Assembly: GCA_902772845.1 (NCBI GenBank)
Contig: CACYCI010000004.1
Span: forward strand, 908-64,907
Source: an uncultured Ruminococcus sp.
GTDB taxonomy: Bacteria; Bacillota; Clostridia; Oscillospirales; CAG-382
Direction: 5' to 3'
Length of the DNA stretch: 64,000 nucleotides
Under the pieces are notes generated by a model. It did no database searches and was not told where the DNA came from. It saw nothing but the letters and a program-made list of their open reading frames with translations. Positions 44,078 through 51,872 of this stretch are shown piece after piece. The position numbers and the translations under genes are program-made. The first letter of the stretch is position 1; every line of letters starts with the position of its first letter.

Positions 44078-46831
44078 ATGCCCGAAAAAGACATCCGCCG
44101 CGTCGCCGGCAGGGATTACCCCAAAGTTAATACTTTCACTGCGGCTTCGGCAAGACGTCTTTCGGAGCTTTCGCTGACTCCCCCGGAAATGTACCCCGCG
44201 GAGGTCGCGGAATACTTTGATTCCGATCTTATCACCGGGCTCGACCGCCGCCAGGTCCGCCAAAAACGCGCCAAACACGGTGACAATTCCGTGACCGGAA
44301 TGCCGATAGGGTTTATGCGGTCGCTCAAACGTCAGCTGAAAAATCTGCCCAACGTGCTGCTCGTGGCGCTGCTGTTCGTTTTTTACGCCTTCCGCGGCGG
44401 CCCGTGGTATCCGCTCACCGCGCTGCTCGTGGTGCTGGCGTTCCCCGTGAACGCGTTTATGGAATACCGCGCTTCGCTCACTTTTGAAAAAATGAACCGC
44501 CTTTCTTCGCCGCGCGCCACCGTCCTGCGCGAAGGCAGGCAGTTCGTAACAGACAGCCGCAGCTTAGTCCCGGGAGATATTATAATATTGGAAACCGACG
44601 ACATAGTCCCCGCGGACGCCCGACTTATAGAAACGGCTTCGTTCCGCGTAATGGAATCGCCCGCCGGGGGCGGACAGCGTTCGGTGGAAAAAGACGCCCG
44701 CTTTGTCGCCGACAGGCGCGACGGCGACCGGCTTTACGAAAACATGGTCTATGCCGGCAGCGTGGTGACTTCCGGCAAGGCGACTGCTATTGTCTGCGCC
44801 ACCGGCAAAAACACGCGCACAGCCCTGAAAAAGTCGGCAAACCCGGCTAACGGCATGCCGAAATATCTGCGCAATGCGGCGTTCGCGCTGCGGCTGATAT
44901 CGCTTTCTTCGGTGTTCGGCGCGCTGATACTGCTGATCACGGGAGTGCTTCGCGGAGTGAACGTTTCAGATTCGTTCATCACCGCGCTCGCCGTGGCGTG
45001 CTGCGCCATGTGCGAAACGGCGTTCGTGCTGATGCTTTACGGCGAAAGCACCGCGCTTTCGCAGGCGCTGCAAGCCGGCTGCGTTTTCCGCACGCCCGAA
45101 GCCGTGCCCGCCATTGCCGAGACCGACACCGTGATGTGCTGCAAGGATATGGCGTTCCCGCCTTCCGCCATTGCGCTTAAAGAAGTTTTCGTGTGCTTCG
45201 ACTCGCTCGAATTCAACAGCCGCAGCGGTTCCAACGTGACCGACATCATCCGCTGTATGATACTGTGCTCTTCGCTCAAAGAAAAGCTGCGTCCGCAGGC
45301 GCAAAAGCGCAAAAAGCACCGCTCCGGCGCGCCCGGGCACGTTTACGAAGGCGGCGAATATACGCTTGCCGTGGTGGAAGCCGCCGAAAAAGCGGGTTAT
45401 TCGGTAGAAGAAGCCAAAAAAGATTTTTACCGTATAGAAGCCGAATTCGACAGCCGCGGCGAAGCGAGCCGCGTGCTCGGTCTTTTGGAAGGCAAAAACT
45501 GCGTTATACTGCGCGGCTCGCCCGAAAGCGTGCTTGCGCGCTGCGCCGGATACCGCCGCGACGGGCGGAATTACCGCCTTGACAAACGCAGCGCCGAACG
45601 CATATTGGACTTTGCTTCGCAGATGGCGCGCACTCAGATCCCGGTCGCCGTGGCGATGGGCTACACCAGAGCGGAATCGCTAAACGACATAGACGCCGAA
45701 AACAAGCTGATCTTTTTGGGCTTTGCCGGTTTTTATGCCGAAACCGGAATAGACACCGCTTCTTCGGTCTACCGTCTGGGCAACGCGGGGATATCGCTTG
45801 CCGTAAATTCCGACGACGCCTATTACGCGGCGTACAATCTGGCTGAAAACGCCGGCGTGATAAGCCGCGAAAGCGAGATCTGCACTCCCGAGATCCTGCA
45901 CGAAAGCGACGAAGGCCTTTTTGCGGAAGACAACGAAAATTACCGCGTGTTCAACCGCTTTACCGACGAGGAATGGCTTTACATACTGCGTCTGCGCAAC
46001 GCGGCGCGCCACAAGGTCTTTGCGCAGGTGAACGGCGCGGCTCAATCGGATCTGGCGACAGAGGCGCACGCTTCGTTCGCCGTGGCGGGCAAAAGCAAGG
46101 ACGCGCTGCTGCAAAAGTGCGACGTGCGTTTCACTTCGCCCGGGTTCCCCGCCATAGAAACCGCGGTGAGCCGGTCCAAGCTTGCGGTCAAGCGCATAGC
46201 TTCGGTCTGCCAGTATATGTCGGCGGGCTATTACATATTGTTTTTCTGGTGTCTGCTTTCGCTTATTTTCGGCAAAGGTCTGCCGTTCGGCATTCCGGGG
46301 ATAGCAGTCTACGGGCTGGCGCTGAATCCGCTGCTGGCTTTTTCGCTGGCGTTTTACCCGGCCACGGCAAAGACGCTTTACGACAGGTCCGGCTCGGTAT
46401 CGCCGGAACGCATATCCGGGTCGATCACACATTCCGTCGTCTATTCCGCCGTATGCGGTATAATGTGCTTTATTGCCGCAAACGTGCTTGCGCCCGGCGG
46501 CGGCGCCGGAAGCTGCTGCGCTTTCGCCGCGTATTCGTTTTCGCTTTGGCTGTATACCACGGTCTGCGGATACAAAGGGTCGGCGCTGACGAATCTGTTT
46601 TACCGCAATTATCTGCTGCTGCCTTCTCTTATTGTGACGGCGGCGTTCACACTGATACCGGCGCTGGTGCCCTCCGTGAACAGCGCGCTGGAGTTCGGCG
46701 TGCCGGAGCTGCGCGCGCTGGGCGCTTCCGTGGCTCTGCCGTTCGTGCTGTGGCTGGCGCTGCAGGCGTTCCTGCTTGTAAAGGAAATGACTTCCAAGCC
46801 AAAGAAAAAAGCCGCTTCGCCGCGCAAATGA
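44078..46831 (+). CDS. P-type (P2-like) cation ATPase homologue with degenerate catalytic motifs
   Basis: It has a Cation_ATPase_N-like start (..ITGLDRRQVRQKRAKHGDNSV), an A-domain (VLREGRQ..VPGDIIILETDDIVPADARL) and 8-10 TM segments. However, TGE reads GGG, PEGL reads CETA, DKTGT reads CKDMAF, TGD reads SDD, and GDGxND reads VNGAAQSD. Confidence 0.8.
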   Translation: MPEKDIRRVAGRDYPKVNTFTAASARRLSELSLTPPEMYPAEVAEYFDSDLITGLDRRQVRQKRAKHGDNSVTGMPIGFMRSLKRQLKNLPNVLLVALLFVFYAFRGGPWYPLTALLVVLAFPVNAFMEYRASLTFEKMNRLSSPRATVLREGRQFVTDSRSLVPGDIIILETDDIVPADARLIETASFRVMESPAGGGQRSVEKDARFVADRRDGDRLYENMVYAGSVVTSGKATAIVCATGKNTRTALKKSANPANGMPKYLRNAAFALRLISLSSVFGALILLITGVLRGVNVSDSFITALAVACCAMCETAFVLMLYGESTALSQALQAGCVFRTPEAVPAIAETDTVMCCKDMAFPPSAIALKEVFVCFDSLEFNSRSGSNVTDIIRCMILCSSLKEKLRPQAQKRKKHRSGAPGHVYEGGEYTLAVVEAAEKAGYSVEEAKKDFYRIEAEFDSRGEASRVLGLLEGKNCVILRGSPESVLARCAGYRRDGRNYRLDKRSAERILDFASQMARTQIPVAVAMGYTRAESLNDIDAENKLIFLGFAGFYAETGIDTASSVYRLGNAGISLAVNSDDAYYAAYNLAENAGVISRESEICTPEILHESDEGLFAEDNENYRVFNRFTDEEWLYILRLRNAARHKVFAQVNGAAQSDLATEAHASFAVAGKSKDALLQKCDVRFTSPGFPAIETAVSRSKLAVKRIASVCQYMSAGYYILFFWCLLSLIFGKGLPFGIPGIAVYGLALNPLLAFSLAFYPATAKTLYDRSGSVSPERISGSITHSVVYSAVCGIMCFIAANVLAPGGGAGSCCAFAAYSFSLWLYTTVCGYKGSALTNLFYRNYLLLPSLIVTAAFTLIPALVPSVNSALEFGVPELRALGASVALPFVLWLALQAFLLVKEMTSKPKKKAASPRK

Positions 46832-46863
46832 CACATATCCATATTATTTAAGGAGAATATCCA

Positions 46864-47712
46864 ATGCGTACCGAAAAAAACGCGCCTTTGGCAAAACGCT
46901 CCTCTTTCCGCACGGGCGGAAGAGCCGACCTGCTGCTTTTGCCGCAAAACGTATATGAGCTTGCAAACTGTCTGCGCGGCGGCGAAGACCGCGTTTTCGG
47001 CTGCCTTTCGAACACGTTGGTGAGCGACAAGGGCGTGCGCGGCGCGGTGGTGCTCACAGTGAACGTGCGCGGTATGGAACGCTGCGGAAACGTGATCACC
47101 GCCTGCTGCGGCGACACGCTTTCGGCTTTTGCGAATTTTGCGCAGGCGAATTCGCTGACCGGCGCGGAATTCTGCTACGGGATACCCGGAACGGTGGGCG
47201 GAGGCGTTTATATGAACGCGGGCGCCTACGGCGGCGAAATAAAAGACATACTTAAAAGCGCGGTGCTGTTTTCGCCCGAGGGCAAAATAGTGTCGCTGGA
47301 AAACGCCGACCTTGAGTTCGGCTACCGCCGAAGTCTGCTCCAGCGCGAAAAATACGTACTGCTTAAAGCCGATTTTGAATTGCGCGAAGGCAAAAAAGCG
47401 GCGATCCGCGCCCGGATGAAAGAGCTTATGGCCCGCCGGCGCGAAAAGCAGCCGCTGGAATATCCCAGCTGCGGTTCGGTGTTCAAGCGGCCGGAAGGTA
47501 ATTTTGCGGGCGCGCTTATAGAACGGTGCGGGCTGAAAGGCGCGCGCGTGGGCGGCGCGGAAGTTTCGCAAAAGCACGCGGGGTTCATTATAAACGCCGG
47601 CGGCGCCACCACCGCCGATATGCTGGCGCTTACCGCGCTGGTCAAACGCACCGTGGCGGAAAAGACCGGGGTAGTGCTTGAAGAAGAGATACGTTTTGCG
47701 GGGGAAGAATAA
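46864..47712 (+). CDS. murB: UDP-N-acetylenolpyruvoylglucosamine reductase
   Basis: The motifs ..FRTGGRADLLL.., GIPGTVGGGVYMNAGAYG and PSCGSVFKRP are present. Confidence 0.93.
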   Translation: MRTEKNAPLAKRSSFRTGGRADLLLLPQNVYELANCLRGGEDRVFGCLSNTLVSDKGVRGAVVLTVNVRGMERCGNVITACCGDTLSAFANFAQANSLTGAEFCYGIPGTVGGGVYMNAGAYGGEIKDILKSAVLFSPEGKIVSLENADLEFGYRRSLLQREKYVLLKADFELREGKKAAIRARMKELMARRREKQPLEYPSCGSVFKRPEGNFAGALIERCGLKGARVGGAEVSQKHAGFIINAGGATTADMLALTALVKRTVAEKTGVVLEEEIRFAGEE

Positions 47713-48383
47713 TGTCCTATTCGGACGAACTGAAAGAACGCCTAAAAAGCGTTGAAATGAAAAAAGAATGCTGCCGCGCGGCGTATTCCGCCGGGCTCGC
47801 CTGCACCGGTTACAGCGTTGTGTGCGAAAACGACGCCGCCTGTTTTCTGCGCGGGCTGTTCGTTTCGCACGGGTGCATGACCGACCCGAAAAAGCAGTTT
47901 TACCTTTCGTTCGACACGCGCTCTTCGCCCGTGGCGGCGCAGGCGATGGGGACGTGCGGCATAGCGCCGCTTTGGGGGACGCACCGCGGCAAAAGGATAG
48001 TTTACCTGCGCGAGACCGATTCGATAAGCGATTTTCTGACCGTAACGGGCGCATCGCACGACGCGCTGGAGCTGCTGGAAATATCGGTGCTGCGCGCCAT
48101 GAAGCGCGAAGCCAACCGCGCGAGCAACGCGGAATTTGCCAATATGGACAAGACCGCGACCGCAAGCGCGAACATCTGCGAAGCGATACTGCTGCTCAAA
48201 AAGCACCGCGATTTTGAAAAACTGCCCGAGCCGCTTAAAGAAACGGCGCGGCTGCGCCTTGAATTTCCCGAGCTTTCGCTCGACGCGCTGCGCGCCAAGC
48301 ATTCCGCGCCAATATCAAAATCCGGGCTCAATCACCGCCTGCAGACCATTGCGGAGCGCGCGGAACAGTACAGGAACAAATAA
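47712..48383 (+). CDS. whiA: WhiA-like DNA-binding protein, short form (223 aa)
   Basis: The motifs ..CFLRGLFVSHGCMTDPKKQFYLSF.. and ..NRASNAEFANMDKT.. are present. The C-terminal HTH reads LSLDALRAKHSAPISKSGLNHRLQ. The first LAGLIDADG-like domain appears to be missing. Confidence 0.82.
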   Translation: MSYSDELKERLKSVEMKKECCRAAYSAGLACTGYSVVCENDAACFLRGLFVSHGCMTDPKKQFYLSFDTRSSPVAAQAMGTCGIAPLWGTHRGKRIVYLRETDSISDFLTVTGASHDALELLEISVLRAMKREANRASNAEFANMDKTATASANICEAILLLKKHRDFEKLPEPLKETARLRLEFPELSLDALRAKHSAPISKSGLNHRLQTIAERAEQYRNK

Positions 48384-48422
48384 CCCCGGCGCCCGTACGC
48401 CGGATTTCAGAAAAGGAACGTT

Positions 48423-51400
48423 ATGGCCGATTTCGTACATTTGCACGTTCATACCGAATACAGTCTGCTCGACGGCGAATGTCTTATTTCGGAGCTGCCC
48501 GCCGCGGTAAAGTCCCTGGGGCAGTCCGCCTGCGCCATAACGGATCACGGCGTGCTTTACGGCGCGGCGGAATTTTACAAGGCGTGCAAAAAGCAAGGCG
48601 TAAAGCCCATTATCGGCTGCGAAGTCTACGTTGCGCCCCGCAGGATGGAAGACAAGGTCCACCCCATAGATTCCGAGCCCTACCATCTGGTGCTTCTGGT
48701 AAAGAACGCGGAGGGCTACAAAAATCTGGTAAAAATAGTTTCGGAATCGTTTTTAAAAGGTTTTTACCGCAAGCCGCGCACCGATATGGAAACGCTCGCC
48801 GCGCACAGCGAAGGGCTCATAGCGTTATCCGCGTGCATTTCGGGCGTGATAGCCAAGCGCATCATAAAAGGCGCGCGCTCCGAAGCCGAATCCGCCGCCG
48901 CGGAATTCAAGCGTATTTTCGGCGGTGATTTTTATCTGGAGCTTCAGCGCAACGGCGTGCCCGAACAGCAAAAGGTCAATTCGGTGCTTGCCGCCATGGC
49001 GGGAAAGCTGGATATACCGCTGGTCTGCACGAACGACGTGCATTATATAAAGCGCGAAGACGCCGAAACGCAGGAGCTTTTGATGGCGATATCCACCGGC
49101 GGCGTCCTGGGCGACAAATCTTTTGCCATGCCTTCGGACGAATTTTACCTGCGCGGCACGGAAGAAATGACCCGCCTTTTTGCAGATATTCCGCAGGCGG
49201 TGGAAAACACCGTTAAGATAGCGGAAAAATGCAGTTTTGACTTTGATTTCGACACCTTCCACCTGCCGCGTTACCATCTCCCGGAAGGGACCGACGCGCG
49301 CGGATATCTGGCGAAGCTTGCAAACAACGGGCTTAAAAAGCGGCTGTCTGCCGCGGCCGGCGCAAACGCGGCGGAATACGAAAAGCGCCTTGAATACGAA
49401 CTTCAGGTGATCCACGGCATGGGGTTCGACGATTATTTCCTTGTGGTTTGGGACTTTGTGAACTATGCGCGCAAGCACGACATCCCCGTCGGCCCGGGAA
49501 GAGGGTCCGCGGTGGGGAGTCTGACAGCGTACGCCTTGGGCATAACCGACGTCGACCCCATAGCGAACGATCTGCTGTTCGAGCGGTTCCTCAACCCGGA
49601 ACGCGTCACCATGCCCGATATAGACATAGATTTCTGCGACCGCCGCCGCCAGGAGGTAATAGACTACGTCGCGGAAAAATACGGCGCCGACCACATGGCG
49701 CAGATAATCACTTTCGGCACGCTGCAGGCGCGCGCCGCCATACGCGCGGTGGGGAAAGCGCTTGGCTTTTCTTACGCCGATACCGACGCCGTGGCTAAAA
49801 TGATACCGCGGTTTTCGGGCATGACTCTTGCGGAATGCGAAAAAAACATACCGGAGCTTGCCGAAAAGCTCCGCACAGATCCGCGCGCGGCGCGTATGTA
49901 TTCTTTTGCCGGGCGGCTGGAAGGCCGTCCGCGCAACGCGTCCACTCATGCGACCGGCGTGGTGATAACCGATTCCCCCATAACCGATTACCTTCCTCTG
50001 GCGCAGAACGACGGCGTTACGGTGACTCAGTTCGGCATGAAGACGGTAGCCGATCTGGGGCTTTTGAAAATAGATTTTTTGGGGCTGCGCTACCTTACCG
50101 TGATACGCGACGCCGAAGCGCTCGCCGCCGAACGCTCGCCCGGGTTCAGGATCAACGACGTCCCGTTTGACGACGAACAGACGTACAAGCTGCTGGGCGA
50201 AGGGCGCACTTCAGGGATCTTCCAGCTCGAAAGCGGCGGGATGCGTTCGCTGCTGACGCGGCTGCAGCCGCGCGACCTGAACGACATAACGTCCGTAATA
50301 TCGCTTTACCGCCCGGGCCCTGCGCAGTATATAGACAAATTCATACAAAACCGCCGCGGCGGAGACGTGCAATACGATATACCCGAACTGAAACCGATAC
50401 TCGGTTCCACCATGGGCTGCCTTATCTACCAGGAGCAGGTCATGCGGGTGTTCCGCGATCTTGCGGGGTATTCTTACGGCAGATCGGACATAGTGCGCCG
50501 CGCCATGGCGAAAAAAGACAAAGCCACGCTGGAACGCGAGCGCGAAACTTTTGTGGCAGGCTGCGTTAAAAACGGGATCGCCGCCGAAAAAGCGCAAGAC
50601 CTTTTTGAACAGATGGGCTCTTTTGCTCAATACGCGTTCAACAAGAGCCATGCGGCCGCCTACGCGGTGCTCGCGTACCGCACCGCTTACCTTAAAGCGC
50701 ATTTCCCCGCCGAATATATGTGCGCGCTGCTCAATTCCGTTATGAACGGCGGGGGCGGAGCGAGCAATTATATAAGCGAATGCGCTGCAATGGGCATAAA
50801 GGTGCTTCCGCCTGACGTGAACGAAAGCATGAGCGATTTTTCGGTAAAGGACGGAGCAATACGTTTTGGGCTTACCGCAATAAAGAACGTGGGCGGCGCC
50901 TTTGCAGCCGCGCTCGTGCGCGAACGCGAAGAGAACGGACGCTATCTGACCTACGAAGACTTTCTCTGCCGCGCGAGTTCGTACGGCAATTCCAAAATGC
51001 TGGAATCCCTGGTGCTCGCCGGAGCGTGCGACGGTTTCGGCATATACCGCAGCCGTATGTTCGCGGTGATAGGGCGCGCGCTGGAATCGCTTTCCGGAAT
51101 GCGTAACGAGATGCGGATGGGGCAGATATCGCTGTTTGACACGGCGCAGACCGGAATGACCGCGCTGAAAATAGATTATCCGTCGTTCCCCGATTATCCG
51201 CAAAGCGAAAAGCTCGCGTACGAAAAAGAGCTCGCCGGCGTGTATATGAGCGGCCATCCGCTGAAAAATTACGGCGTTTTTGCCAAAAAAAACAAATCTG
51301 TAACAATTAACGACTTGTATTGCGGGCTCAAGGAGGGTACAATACCCTTGAAAAGCGCCGTGTTTATCACGGGGCAGCTCGTTTCGGTGCGCAAAAAGAT

Positions 51401-51854
51401 GACAAAGACGCAGCGCATGATGGCTTTCGCTTCGGTGGAGGACCTGACCGGCAGCGCCGACGTCATATTCTTTTCCGACGTTTACGAAAAATCGGAACAG
51501 CTTTTGCAGCCCGGCGCAGTGATAGGGCTGCGCGGCGAAGCGACGCTTGAAGAGCCGTCCGGCGGCGAGGGCGAAGACGTTCTGACCGTGACCGCGCGCG
51601 CGGCTGTCGCCGCGATACCCAACGAAAAGCTTGCGGAACGTTCCTTATACCTTAAAAAGACCGACGACAACGAAAAATATTTCGACGCAGCGTTCGACGC
51701 TTTGCGCCGGCACAGGGGCGGAGGCCGCGTTTACGTTTACGACGAGCGCACGAAAAAGCTTTCGGTTTCCACCGACATCTACTGCAAAGCCGACGCGGAG
51801 CTTGCCGCCGAACTGAAAGAAATACTCGGCGACGCCAACGTGGCATTGAAATAA
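48423..51854 (+). CDS. dnaE: DNA polymerase III alpha subunit
   Basis: The PHP domain starts FVHLHVHTEYSLLDG. The protein is 1143 aa with the polymerase core and an OB-fold region. Confidence 0.97.
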   Translation: MADFVHLHVHTEYSLLDGECLISELPAAVKSLGQSACAITDHGVLYGAAEFYKACKKQGVKPIIGCEVYVAPRRMEDKVHPIDSEPYHLVLLVKNAEGYKNLVKIVSESFLKGFYRKPRTDMETLAAHSEGLIALSACISGVIAKRIIKGARSEAESAAAEFKRIFGGDFYLELQRNGVPEQQKVNSVLAAMAGKLDIPLVCTNDVHYIKREDAETQELLMAISTGGVLGDKSFAMPSDEFYLRGTEEMTRLFADIPQAVENTVKIAEKCSFDFDFDTFHLPRYHLPEGTDARGYLAKLANNGLKKRLSAAAGANAAEYEKRLEYELQVIHGMGFDDYFLVVWDFVNYARKHDIPVGPGRGSAVGSLTAYALGITDVDPIANDLLFERFLNPERVTMPDIDIDFCDRRRQEVIDYVAEKYGADHMAQIITFGTLQARAAIRAVGKALGFSYADTDAVAKMIPRFSGMTLAECEKNIPELAEKLRTDPRAARMYSFAGRLEGRPRNASTHATGVVITDSPITDYLPLAQNDGVTVTQFGMKTVADLGLLKIDFLGLRYLTVIRDAEALAAERSPGFRINDVPFDDEQTYKLLGEGRTSGIFQLESGGMRSLLTRLQPRDLNDITSVISLYRPGPAQYIDKFIQNRRGGDVQYDIPELKPILGSTMGCLIYQEQVMRVFRDLAGYSYGRSDIVRRAMAKKDKATLERERETFVAGCVKNGIAAEKAQDLFEQMGSFAQYAFNKSHAAAYAVLAYRTAYLKAHFPAEYMCALLNSVMNGGGGASNYISECAAMGIKVLPPDVNESMSDFSVKDGAIRFGLTAIKNVGGAFAAALVREREENGRYLTYEDFLCRASSYGNSKMLESLVLAGACDGFGIYRSRMFAVIGRALESLSGMRNEMRMGQISLFDTAQTGMTALKIDYPSFPDYPQSEKLAYEKELAGVYMSGHPLKNYGVFAKKNKSVTINDLYCGLKEGTIPLKSAVFITGQLVSVRKKMTKTQRMMAFASVEDLTGSADVIFFSDVYEKSEQLLQPGAVIGLRGEATLEEPSGGEGEDVLTVTARAAVAAIPNEKLAERSLYLKKTDDNEKYFDAAFDALRRHRGGGRVYVYDERTKKLSVSTDIYCKADAELAAELKEILGDANVALK

Positions 51855-51872
51855 CTAAAAAGGAAAATTTAA

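Noticed and set aside
48385-48410. The hairpin CCGGCG-cccgta-CGCCGG between whiA and dnaE, considered as a possible terminator or attenuator.
   Set aside because: The stem is only 6 bp and it is followed by ATTTCAG rather than a U-tract. The dnaE RBS follows immediately. I regard it as unsupported.
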